In this document: piece after piece, positions 13,031-25,308 of the stretch
Numbering within the stretch: the first letter of the stretch is position 1
Layout of the letters: every line of letters begins with the position of its first letter
NCBI GenBank assembly: GCA_038087875.1
Contig: JAXLNO010000073.1
Coordinates: 1 to 64,000 of the forward strand
DNA from: Malacoraja senta
Taxonomy: Eukaryota
DNA: 64,000 nucleotides
Reading direction: 5' to 3'
Position numbers and translations under genes: made by a program
The notes under the pieces: model-generated
Told to the model about the DNA's origin: nothing
What the model saw: the letters and a program-made list of their open reading frames with translations, nothing else
Databases searched by the model: none

Positions 13031-14888
13031 TACAGCGGAGGGTAATCGAGAATCAGAAAACATATGTTTAAAGTAAGGGGGAGAAATTCAATGGTACCCG
13101 AGGGGTAACTTTTATATTCAAAGGGTTATGGATATATTAAATGTGCTGCCGTAGGAGTCGTGGAGGCAAGTACTATCATAAAGTTTATGAGACGTTTGGC
13201 AAGTACAGATAGGATAGGTTTAAATCGTTATGGGGCAATCGCAGGCAAGTGCCCACTGGTGTAGATGGGACATGTTTGTCGGGTTGAACATGTTGGGCCG
13301 AATGGCCTGATTCCACGCTCTACGTCGATATGACTATCACACTATGAGTCTGTGACAATGGCCAGGAATACCTGAACCTATCCCATTCTCATCTTAGTCA
13401 AGACTTTAATTATACCATTCTTAAATGTCCTGTTATTTCCCTCCGCTAATCCAGAACTCTCTGGGTGGTGGTGAATGTGAAGTTGCCGTTTCATCCTAAC
13501 ATGATACAAGCTTCCGTCCCCTGCAAAATGCATTCCTCGGTTGGAGTGTATATAAAGAGGGACTCCCCCAGCCCGGTAATGTTTATTTTTCTAGGATCCA
13601 TGGCACGTTTGCGACTGGGCTTCTGCATGGAAATTCCTCCACCCAGCGGATAAAGTGTTCACAATTTACGAAACAGCACCTTTAATTTAGAGACAAGGGC
13701 AAGGTCCAGTGAAATTTACCTGCATATATTTGTAAACAGGCAATGCACACTCGCCCATCTGCACATCAACTATTCGATACTGCCATTAACTTACCTGCTT
13801 CTGGCAGCCGCACTGTATTATGCAGAGGATGTAAAATTATGGTCCTACTCAGTGTGATGGCTTCTAAGACTTATAACGGCATGTCACGCAGGCGAGAGCT
13901 TGAGCACATCAATGCATCCCAGCCACCACTGGACATTACTCAGTTGAACAGTATGCAACTGGCCTCATTGCTTCCATGCTTATATGTTACTTTTGACGTA
14001 GATCAACTTTGTTCAATATCACAGCACAAATGGAAGGGTTTCGGTAGATTTGTGAGCCCAGAGCTTGAGATTTTAGCGGGCTGACTTATTATTTGCAAAT
14101 TTCCAAGTGGGCTCTCACCGTAGGGCGCTGCATTCCCGTTTAGTTCACCTGCGGAGGTTTTGCCAATTCAAATTAACTTTCCACAGAATTGCTCCCGTAA
14201 TTAAATATACCCAATACTGTTTTATACATTTCTCTGTTATCAATTGGGGCTAGTTCAGATTACCGTGTTTTATTTCTTTAATGTTTAAGGATCCACTTGG
14301 AAATCACTTAAATCCTATCCCAACATTGCCTACCACACGGTACATTAAATATCTTCCACTCGCTGCTTGTCTGAAATAGAGAATAGTGAGTCTACTATTG
14401 CCATGCGTTGATGAGCACATAGTGCACAATTCATAATACACTTACCATTGGGATTAGTTGCTGTCCAGGCTAGGGACTCTTTCAAAACATATATATTATT
14501 TATTTCAGAATAATGACCTCAAAAGCATTTTGGATCGAACGAAATCGACTAGCGTAATATATTGCATGGACCCGCAGCTGGTTCTCATCTGACACATGCT
14601 GAATTTCAAGGACAATAAACATTTGGATTTTTGCAGAGAGGAATCCTACCTGTGTATCTACATTTTACAAGACAAACACTGGGAATTCATCAAAGCAAGC
14701 TTTTCCAAGAGAACTCAAACTGAAAATCAGTAATTAAAGTTCTTGACCAAAATAATTACACTCTTTGGAAATGCATTGTTGTTAACAAAAAACATATCTA
14801 TGAAACACCAATTCCGAAGTAATCAATTTCAAATTCCTAGTGTATGCTAATTACAATATTCGTAAATACCAATTTATTTCTGTAATTT

Positions 14889-14990
14889 TTAGTTTATGGT
14901 TTAGAAATGCAGCGCGGAAACAGGCCCTTCAGCCCTTCGAGTCCGCACCGACCAGCGATCCTTGCACATTAACACTATCCTACACACAAT
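14889..14990 (-). mobile_element. HE1/V-SINE-like 3' fragment
   Basis: GCGGAAACAGGCCCTTC...GCACCGACCAGCGATCC...CACTATCCTACACAC, shared with 61350-61430 and ~29180-29275. Confidence 0.6.
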
Positions 14991-15260
14991 TGTGTGACTG
15001 ATCTGTCGTTGAATCTAGCTTTACTTTGTGCCCCGTCGCCCTTGTAATCTTTGTTCAGATCGGGAGATCACCAAACAAGTCTTCGTCAAGACGTGGTGCG
15101 ATTCCGACACATATCCGTTTATTCAAGGACTGAACAGTACATATTGGGAAACACTTTGAATGGATTCAAAACATTGACTTTACTGACATTTTTATCTACA
15201 GATTTTTTGATAGCTCAAGACACAATGGTTATATGAAGATTTCATGTTCGTGAAATATGT

Positions 15261-15793
15261 TACCATCGTGGGGCTGGCCGTCCTCGGAGCGTGAGGACCG
15301 GTGGTGGCTCGCTGCTGCGGCCCGACTACGGAGCTCCTGCTGCAGCTGCAGACCCGTGGACTGGGACATCGGGAGCTCGCGGGTCCGGGTGAGAAACCGC
15401 TTTCCGGAGCTCCCGCAACGCAACTTCTCCAGCTCGAGTCGCGGGGTTGGAACGACCCGGAGCGGGGCCGTAAAGCGCCCGGCGCGGCTTTAACATTCCA
15501 GCGCCCGCCGGGGCTCCAACTTTGTGACTTTTGGGCCCGGAGCGAAGCTGTATACCGCCCGGCGCGGCCTCAACGGCCCGCCTGGGGCTTCAACATCGGG
15601 AGAAAAATGGTGCAGGGGAGAGAAATGACTTTGCCTTCCATCACAGTGAGGAGGAGATTCACTGTGATGGATGTTTTTCTGTAAATTGAATTGTTTGTGT
15701 GTCGTGTAAGAATTGTTTTGTTTGTATGGCTGTGGAAACGGAGTTTCGTTTGAGCCTCTTTGAGGCTCAAATGACAAGAAATCAAATCAAATC
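15261..15793 (+). mobile_element. GC-rich SINE-like element with Rex1-like 3' end and (AAATC)n tail
   Basis: TSD ATATGT at 15255-15260 and 15794-15799; empty site AAATATGTCATCAG in the paralogue at ~29541. Confidence 0.85.
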
Positions 15794-16299
15794 ATATGTC
15801 ATCAGTGATCTAAGTTTCCTTGTAGTCTTTCATTCTTGTTTTAGATCTGTTGGGTTTACCTCTAACATTCTGTTTCCTGATTCACCCGATTATCTGGCAA
15901 ATGCGTGTCATGAAGCGACACCACTTTTCTCATGATCAGCCCTATGTTTCGGTTTACTCCAGCCAACTAGCCCTAGTAATCTAAACATTTCCTAAAATTG
16001 TTTATGTATTCTCCGAATTGACTTTTTAGTTACAGTACGTTCACACTTATGACTATTTCCCCCACTTTTTTCTCTCCTTCATGTTCATCGATTGCAGATC
16101 CGAGTTCAACATCGACATCCCATCCGAAACTACTCATGTGAACAAGCTCATGGAACTATCTCTGTGCTCACCCCTATGCAACTGGATTCTGTACCTCCTC
16201 ATCAACAGACGACCATTAGTTCGAATTGGCAACATGTTCACATGCACCTCCACTAACCTCATCTACAGCATCCAGTTTTCCACATGTGGGCTCCTGTAA

Positions 16300-17120
16300 A
16301 TCGCCGAGACCAAGTTTAAACACACGACCGTTATGCTGAACACATACGTTCGATTTGTCAAGGCCTACTGGATCTTCCTGTGGCTAACCATTTTAACTCT
16401 CCTTCCCATTACCACACCATTCATTTCTGTGTTGAGCCTCCTGCATTAACAATATAATTCACTCAATAATCTGAACAAATGTAAAACGCAAATGACTCCA
16501 TGCTCTATGACTCTCCGTCAGTAAATATATGTCATCACATCTCCCCATGAAATCTTAACACTCAAACTCTTGTCCAGCAAAGTCGCCACGCTTTCTTTTT
16601 CTCCGATTTGTTCTTTTTGTTCTACAACTTACGATCACCTGACAACAATATTGGACCGACTCTGACCATGTGCGGTAAGATTTAATATTATCATCCAATT
16701 AGGAACCACTTTGTTGGAGGGCTCAATATTTTGATCTATCAAGGCTTACTGGATCTACCAGTGGCGAACCATTTTAACTCCCCTTCCCATTACCGCACCA
16801 TACATTTCTGTCCTGAGGCTCCTCAATTAACAGAGTGAGGCCACGCGCAGGTGCGGCAGCAGCACCTCATATTTTGTTTCCCTACAACCCAGCGGCAAAA
16901 CATTCCCCCTCCTCTATTAAAAGTCGGTTAACTAGTTGGCAGCTCACAACGATGTGCCTCTCTTGGGATCACACAGTCTCTAGTCTTGGCCTTTCAAGGA
17001 AACACCCTGATTGAGGTAATGTGTTACTGGCCCTGGTTTGTCCTGGTCTTTGCTTGCTTTCATTGCAGCCCACCCACAATCAGTCAGCAGAAGGTTCCCG
17101 ACCCGAAACGTCACCTATAC
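16300..17120 (+). mobile_element. Penelope-like GIY-YIG C-terminal remnants (two) and degenerate pLTR
   Basis: AACCATTTTAACTC(T/C)CCTTCCCATT (NHFNSPSH) at ~16387 and ~16766; GACCCGAAACGTC at ~17100. Confidence 0.55.
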
Positions 17121-17121
17121 A

Positions 17122-17126
17122 TTTTC

Positions 17127-17157
<31 letters not shown>

Positions 17158-18615
17158 TTTTTTTTTTTTTTTTTTTTTTAATTTTATTTTTTAGAAGTAC
17201 GGTAGATTACAGTAATGTACAACACGTATATATTAATACATTTTTTGTACCGCTTCACTTTTTTAAACTTTAAGAAAGAAAAAGAAAGAAGTAAGAAAAG
17301 TGAAGAAAGTGCGCAAAGGTTGTGAAGTGCAAAAGAGTGTTGGGAAAAGAAAGCCCCTTAGAAAAGAAGTTAGAGAAGGAAGTAAAGTTAGAAAATAGAC
17401 CCTAGAAAAAAAAAGAGAAAGAAAGAAGGAACAATCGCTCTATTATAACTCTTATACCATACTTCATAGAGAAGGAACTACCAACCAAGTCTGTTTTTAT
17501 TTTACCTCCCATTACCAGGTCCAGATACCTTTTATTTATTTATTTGTTTTTCTAAATTACTATTGCACCTCATGCTTGTAATAGGTCCAAAAACGTAGAC
17601 CACGTCTTTTGAAATTGATCTACTTTGCCTACTAGGAGGAATCTCATCTCTTCCAGATGTAATGTTTCCAACATATTTGATGTCCACATTTTTATTGTTG
17701 GTGTGGGCGCATTTTTCCAGAATTTAAGTATAAGCTTTTTTCCCATTATTAGCCCATAATTGAGTAAATTCTTCTGATACACGTTTAATTCAGGAATACC
17801 TTCCGATATTCCAAAAATAATCCATTCTGGTTTTGGTACCAGTTTTATTTTGATTAATTTTGAAAAAATATCAAATATTTCAAACCAGAATTTTTGGATT
17901 TTTGTACAAAAAACAAAAGAATGTGCTATGGTAGCTTCTTGACATATACATTTATCACAGATTGGTGAGACGTTAGGAAAGATTTTATTTAGTTTGGTTT
18001 TTGAATAATATAATCTATGTAATGTTTTAAATTGGATAAGCGTATGTCGTACGTTGATCGAGCATTTATGCACCTGTAATAAATGATTATCCCAACTCTC
18101 TTTTGAAATTTTTATACCTAGATCTTGTTCCCAATCTCTTCTAATTCCATCTGTTGTGGGTATTTCTATATTTAAGATGATATTATATAAGTATGATATT
18201 AAATTAACTGATTCCGCCTTTGTCTTCATTGCTTCATCTAGTAAGTCGGAAGGCATATTATAATAATCTTTTGTGTGTGTTTTCAAATAGTCACAGATTT
18301 GTAGATATTTAAAATATTGATTATTTTTCAAATTATATTTCAGTTGTAGTTGTTGGAATGATAGTAATTTTTCTAATTCATACAGATCTTCGAGCGTTTT
18401 AATTCCCATTCTTTCCCATTGTATAAATGCTTTATCTATGATTGAAGGTTTAAACGATGGGTTATTGACTATTGGTATTAAGAGAGATAGGTTTCTTAAT
18501 TTTAGATTCTGTTTTATTTGCTTCCATGTTCTAATAGTGCTATATATAATTGGATTTTTATTATAATTTTTATTATTCAAATTTATTGGAGAGAGAATAA
18601 TCGCTCCTATATTAT
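17122..18615 (-). mobile_element. L1/Tx1-clade LINE 3' fragment, uninterrupted ORF2 C-terminus, poly(A)
   Basis: ORF 17570-18742 (L1 part from ~NIGAIILSP; QFKTLHRLYY, CDKC...H...C); poly(T) tracts 17126-17190. Confidence 0.9.
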
Positions 18616-18746
18616 TCGGGGGTGGTGAGATTATGGGGGTAATAGAATATACGGAGAATGCAATCGATGTCAGATTAATGTAGGTAGCAGGTTGATGCTC
18701 GGCGAGGTCTCGATGAGCGCAGAGGCTGTGAGCGTGCAGCATCTCT

Positions 18747-21113
18747 CTATAAATCTACGATTCTAACCATTGACACTGTAATTGTCTCAGCCTTTATCAT
18801 TCTGCAGTGTTTAATTGCTCTTATCAGTCGAGTAAACGGATAGATTAACACAGTCAAATACTGCTCTCTAAACTTCGTCTGTGTTACTGCATAGATGCAC
18901 GTGTTTGTGCAACAACTAAGCAGCTGCAGCATAAATCCTATTTCCGATACAAAGAGAGGAAGGAAAAAATCTGAATATCTCAAATTCCATATTCGTTGCC
19001 ATATTAAATAGAATGTAAATACCGCCCATAACAAAATGAAATTGCCGGAAATAATGAACAACAATATCACCGATTTCCTTCGATTCTCCATCTCGGGATC
19101 ACTGGGGCTCTTCGCACTTTTCTGATCCCGGAGTCTCCTGCGGGCTCTGCTGACCACCAAAATATGTCTGACCGTTAAAGTATTGAGCAGCTGAATCAAT
19201 ACAAACGGGACACAGGGGGTGAGAATATAATGAAGAAACTCAATCGTTGACCAGGTAATTGAAAACATAACACGGACATCCATGTAACAAAACCAGGGAG
19301 TATTCGCCAATCTGTACCAAGATGTGTACATAAAATACCAGTAAACATTCTTTACACTGCTCAGCGCACTCATCGTGCCCAGAACCACAGCCGCTGTTTT
19401 CTCGGTGCAATATCTATGCTTCAGCTTTTGGCAACAGATGCCAACAAACCGGTCAAATGTGAAGGAGACGGTGAACCACACAGAACAGTCGGTCACCGCG
19501 TAAAGCAGGACGGCGTGGATATTACACAGGGGGATGAACTTCACAAATTCCATTTGATGAGAAATCGGAATCTGTCTCAATATCAGGTCAAAGATAATGA
19601 CCAATAGATCCGCCGCTGCCATGGCCACCAGGTAGCGGGTCACACAGCTGGAGAGACCACACTTTCCTCGACACAGGATCACAATTGTCACCAGGTTCAC
19701 TATGATGCAAAAAGAATGAACATATTACCAGAGCACTTTGTGGTTCACATGAGTTAAGCTTTGTGAACAAACACACATTACTTCGATACCGTTCAGCAGC
19801 AATTCCACCATTACATCTGTGTGATTCTGAAAACAAAGTTTAGTGTTATGGGTCTCAACGAATAAGGGTTAATAATACGATATGGGTAATACACTGCTCA
19901 TTATAAACATCCGTACCAACGACATGGTCATTTTATGTTTCAGAAAGAACTGCAGATGCAGGACAAATATAAGGTAGACAGAAATGCTGGAGAAACTCAG
20001 CGGGTGAGGCAGCATCTATGGAGAGAAGGAACAGGCGACGTTTCGGGTCGAGACCCTTCTTCCGACCTTTTATGTTGTGTGAAAGCACGTCGATCACCAC
20101 AGACGCGTGTTCTGTATCAGGCAGGAACCCGAGATTTTATTGGTGTGATTCAGATTGGCGCTGACCCGGCGGTTGATGAGTATCGATTAACTTCCAGTTT
20201 ACAATTCACCCAGATGATGCCTGTCTTTGACTAGGTAACTGACGGGAAGGTGTGATTACTTGTATCTTTAATCTTGGAGTCGAATTGTAATTGAGGAGAG
20301 AGTGGTGTGGTATCAAATGGTCGCACACATGTGAAGTCACACATAGATAATAAAGAGAGGGAGCAAAGCCCGAAGTGCAACCCGCATTAACACGGTGCGG
20401 TGGAACTGTCTCTTCAATGAAAGTTTTGGAAATCAGTCAATTTAACTAAACGGCTGAATGAAATTGTATCTGGAACGCAGATTTTAATTCCACGCTAACC
20501 ACAGAGATGTTCAGTTGACGCAAAGAGGAGACGGGGATAATTTCGACAGATACATGATTGGTTAATCATTCGCATGGGGTCTGCAGTTCTATACCGCTGC
20601 GCAATTCTCCTGCAGTTGTTATGATAATGTAAGTCAGGAAATCACCCAGTGAAAGGGTACTAATATGAAACACTGGCCATGCCAGTTGCCGCCGCACTTA
20701 CTCCTTTAACATTTTGCATTTCTTCTATCAACTGTGACTTTGTGTGTTCCATCAATTTAGCTGGAACTAGACAATGTGACTCAAGGGACCCACTACAACG
20801 TCACTGTACACGATATCGAACAGTGCAAACACCGGGAAGTTGCCGATCTCTCTTCGTTTCATCCCGTAAAATGCACTGGTCAACGTGGCCGTAACAATAA
20901 GAACTATTCGCGCCTTAATCATCCGTCAGCAGAGCGCGATCACAGAACTGGAAATGAATATAGGGAGTTTCGAGAGACATGCAGCCAGTTTCTCAAATAT
21001 TCAAGCACAAACAATAATTCTTCTTACTTACCGGGAACACCGAGAATAGCCAGGATAGGGTAGTATATCTTTTGGATCGCATACACGACTCTAACAATCC
21101 ATATTACATCCAT
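18747..21113 (-). CDS. GPR139/GPR142-like class A GPCR, two exons: 21113-21032 and 19699-18747, 344 aa, intact
   Basis: Exon 1 MDVIWIVRVVYAIQKIYYPILAILGVP then G|GTAAGT; acceptor TTTTTGCATCATAG|TGAAC; exon 2 NLVTIVIL...YLVAMAAADL, SVWFTVSFTFDRFVGIC, PCVPF, EMENRRKS, SCCTNTCIY; phase-1 intron, no stops. Confidence 0.9.
19940..20066 (-). mobile_element. Penelope-type pLTR/SINE with hammerhead-like core, inside the GPCR intron
   Basis: Minus strand CGGAAGA-AGGGTCTCGACCC-GAAACGTC (first box mutated from CTGAAGA). Confidence 0.65.
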
Positions 21114-21824
21114 CTCCTTGTCACCGTTTATTCTTCAATGGCATTTAGGTTAATTTCTTATTTGATTGCGGAATGGCTCATTGGAAAGGTTCCCTTATTT
21201 GAAGGAAAGGGATTATCCCTGCGGGACCGTTCGGTGTCATTAGTTCCATGGTGATCACAGTCGCTGAGCAAGCCTGAACACAGAGTGTTGCATAATATTG
21301 TGAAGTAAGTACCACATGGTTATTCAGGTGAAGCTCCACAGCGCTTTATAATTGTTCGGGCACATCGGAGAAAACAAATATTCACCGCATATGTATTCTC
21401 CCTCATCGTGAATCTGCAAACCGTCCACGCCCAACCGATTGAACTTTCCCTGTCAAAGTTAAATATAAACCTCAATATCTACAATTGCGATACGAACCCT
21501 CATTTTTGTTACATCTTTGCTATCGCCACCTATTTTTTTACATGAAAAACTACCCACATTAATGATAAGCGGCGCATTCAAGAGCGCGTTCGTGGTGATT
21601 TTTCAGCCCAGAGACGCCCACGATTCCATCATCAGCGGTTCTTTAAATGCCCAGTCACTGATTTGCCTTTATTCAACATTGATACTCGTTTACGGAGATT
21701 CATATACATAGTCGGATTATATTGTTATAGTTAAAGGTGATCTCCATCGATATTTTGAAATATTGTTTAACACTGACTGACTCACGAGATAATTCCATTA
21801 AGTCCCAGCCAGTAGTGACTAACA

Positions 21825-22370
21825 TTCATAGTCACAGTGATAAAGCGTAGAAACAGGCCCTTCGGCCCAACTTGCCCACAACGGCCAACATGTCCCCGCT
21901 ACACGTCCTTCCTGTGCGAAATCTGTCCTGTCCACGTACCTTTCTAAATGTTTCTTAAACGTCGGTATATTCCATGCCTCAACTACCTCCTATGGCAGGT
22001 TATCCAATACAGCTACCTTTTGTGTGAAAAGGTACCCCTTAGATTTATATTAAATCGTTTCCCCTACATTCACCCACTCTGGGAAATATACTGTGTGCAA
22101 CTATACTATCTAGTCCTCATGATTTTATACACCTCAATAAGAAACATCCTCATCCTCCTGCGCTCCAATGAAGAGTCTCGTCCGACTCAACCTCTCCCTA
22201 TAGCTCACATCCTCTAGGCCTGGCAACATCCTTGTCAATCTTCTCTATACTCTTTCCAGCATGGCAACATCTTTCCCATAACATGATGCCCATAACTTAA
22301 CAAATACACTGAATGCTGCCTCACCCACGACTTATACAACTGCAACATGACCTCCCAACTTCTATAATTA
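21825..22370 (-). mobile_element. Degraded CR1 3' fragment
   Basis: WEVMLQLYKS.VRQH (22235-22501); AAACAGGCCCTTCGGCCCAAC 3' UTR motif. Confidence 0.7.
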
Positions 22371-22469
22371 ATTATCTGACTTTGAGGGAACCCCCGTTCG
22401 TAACGGAGCTGGAGCTGCCACCTGTGAGGGAATCCCCGTTCCAGCGCAGGTTCGCAGAAACAGAAGGTA

Positions 22470-24820
22470 CAGTAAACACCAGACGTCTTACCCCGAGGCA
22501 TTTACCACCATAGCCGGGGAGTTCAATAAAGCAAACCTCAAGAAATCGTTCCCAAACTTCCATCAACATGTCTCCAGCTGCACCAGAGGACCCTCGACCA
22601 CTGCTACACCACCATCAAGGATGCCTATCGCTCTATCCCTCGCCCGCACTTCGGTAAATCCAACCATACCGCGGTGCTGCTTCTTCCTGCCTAGAGGCAG
22701 CAATTGAACAGCGCACCCCCAGAGGTGAGGACTGTACAGAGCTGGTCGGGGGTCGGGGGCAGAGGAACAACTCCAGGACTGTTTGGAGTCTGTAGACTGG
22801 GCAATGTTCAGGGAATCGGCAACGGACCTGAACGAACACGACACATTCGTTACAGACTTCATAAAGAAAAGTGTTGATGACTTCATCCCAACAAAACCCT
22901 TCCAAGTGTTTCCCAATCAGAGGCCTGGGATGAACTTGGAGATCCGCACTCTTCTGAAGACCAGCGGTCTACAAGAAATCCAGATACGACCTTGGTAAGG
23001 CCATCAAAAAGGCCAAAATGGACCTGCTCCAAACTGGAGGATGAGACAGATGTTCGGCAGCTGTGGCGGGGCCTGAATGCAATCACCTCCTACAAAGCGA
23101 AATCAGGAGGTAGCTCGAATGTCGGCGAAACATCAGTCCCTGATGAGCTCAATGCGTGTTACAAACGCTTTGATAGGGAGAACACTGAAATGCCTTCTCG
23201 AGCCCCCATTCGCTGTGATGGCACTTCAGTCACAGTCACAGAGGCCGACGTCAGAAGATCTTTCAGAGCGGTGAACCCTCGGAAAGCGCCTGGACCTGAT
23301 CGTATGCACGGTCGTGTTCTAAAAGCCTGTGCGGACCAACTGGTTGGAGTTTTAACGGAGATGTTCAACCACTCACTTCTGAGGTCTCAGGTTCCCACCT
23401 GCTTTAAAAGGGCATCAATTATACCGGTGCCCAAGAAGACCAAGGTGTCGGGCCTCAGTGACTATCGACCAGTGGCACTAACGTCGGTGAGGAAGTGCTT
23501 TGAGAGGTTGATCATGTCGGAAATCAGCTCCTACCTCGAAAAAACCTGGACCCAATGCAGTTCTCCTACCGCCACAACAGATCAACGGTGGATGCGATTT
23601 TGCTGGCTCTCCACTCTGCTCTGGACCACTTGGACAACAAAAACTCATATGTCAGGCTGTTATTCATTGATTACAGCTCGGCATTTAATACAATCATCCC
23701 CTCCAAGCTGGTGACCAAAATCGCTGAAATGGGTCTCTGCGCACCCCTCTGCAATTGGACCCTTGACTTCCACATTTACAGACCACAGACTGTTCGTATT
23801 GGTGGAAATGTGTCAGCCTCGATAACAATCAGCAAGGGAGCACCTCGAGGCTGCGTGCTCAGACTCCTGCTGTACTCATTCTATACTCATGACTACGTAG
23901 CCGGTCACCGCGCGAACTCAATCATCAAGTTCGCTGACGACACCACTGTTGTGGGACGTATCACTGATGGAGATGAGTCAGAGTATAGAAGTGAGATCGA
24001 CCGACTGACCAAATAGTGCCAGCACAATAACCTGGCCCTCAACACCAGCAAAACCAAGGAACTGATTGTGGACTTTGGAAGGGGTAGGATGGGGACACAC
24101 AGTCCTGTTTATATCAACGGGTCGATGGTGGAAAGGGTCAAGAGGTTCAAATTCCTGGGAATGCATATCTCTGAAGATCTTTCCTGGTCCGAGAACACTG
24201 ATGCAATTATAAAATAACACATCAGCGCCTCTACTTCCTGAGTAGATTACGGAGAGTCAGTATGTCACGGAGGACTCATCTAACTTCTACACGTGCACAG
24301 TAGAGAGCACGATGACCGGTTGCATCGTGGCTTGGTTCGGTAACTTGAGCGCCCTGGAGCGGAAAATACTACAAAAAGTAATAAACACTGCCCAGTCCAC
24401 CATCGGCTCTGACCTACCTTCCATCGAGGGGATCTATCGCAGTCGCTGCCTCAACAAGGCTGGCAGCATCATCAAGGACCCACACCATCCTGGCCACACA
24501 CTCATCTCCACACTACCTTCAGGTAGAAGGTACAGGAGCCTGAAGACTGCAACGACCAGGTTCAGGAATAGCTGCTTCCCCACAGCCATGAGGCTATTAA
24601 ACTCGGCTTGGACAAAACTCTGAACATTAATAGATTATCTGTTTATTTGCACTTTATCCGTTTATTTATTCATGTGCGTATATGTTTATATAATGATATA
24701 TGGACACACTGATCTGTTCTGTATTCACGCCTACTATGTTCTGGTGTGCTGAAGCAAAGCAAGAATGTCATTGTCGTATCAGGGACAAATGACAATAAAT
24801 TCTCATGAACATGAACTTGC
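22470..24820 (+). mobile_element. Rex1/Babar LINE copy 2 (end of endonuclease, RT, 3' end)
   Basis: ORFs 22783, 22992, 23555 and 24312 near-identical to copy 1. Confidence 0.9.
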
Positions 24821-25088
24821 TATTTCTGCCAGTGATAAGCAATGTCTTAGCAATGATTTTTAAACCATTTATTCCATTGCATATTTTCAACTGCGCGCTT
24901 CACTCAAATCTAAATCATAAAGTCACATAATGTGTTCAGATCCCTGACTCCTCCATGTCCCGCCATTGAACAAGGACCTACAGGCAACATTCGTTTCAAC
25001 GTGCGGAGCATTTCCATTAGCTCATCCATGTGCTACCACTCATCGACGTATCTTAAACAGTCAAATCAGCCGAACAACACCCACGTCT

Positions 25089-25308
25089 TGCCACAGAGGG
25101 TAGTTGACGCCAGTTCATTGGCTATATTTAAAAGGGAGTTAGATGTGGCCCTTGTGGCTAAAGGGATCAGGGGGTATGGAGAGAAGGCAGGTACGGGATA
25201 CTGAGTTGCATGATCAGCCATGATCATATTGAATGGCGGTGCAGGCTCGAAGGGCCGAATGGCCTACTCCTGCGCCTATTTTCTATGTTTCTATGTTTCT
25301 ATGTTTCT
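25089..25308 (+). mobile_element. Short CR1 3' insertion specific to copy B
   Basis: GCCACAGAGGGTAG...(TTTCTATG)n; absent from the paralogous sites at ~2388 and ~31415. Confidence 0.85.

Larger units (their letters stand above)
13030..16012. repeat. Segmental duplication block Y, copy A
   Basis: Colinear with ~26735-29737 and partially with ~33570-34357 (near-identical short ORFs 13465/33959, 13743/27441, 15051/29339). Confidence 0.9.

Noticed and set aside
13465..15236. Small conserved gene family (short ORFs recurring 2-3 times)
   Set aside because: Recurrence is explained by segmental duplication; stops and frameshifts differ between copies
17570..18742. GPCR-L1 fusion protein
   Set aside because: The GPCR has its own stop at 18747-18749; the extra N-terminal ~40 codons are chance open frame in the 3' flank
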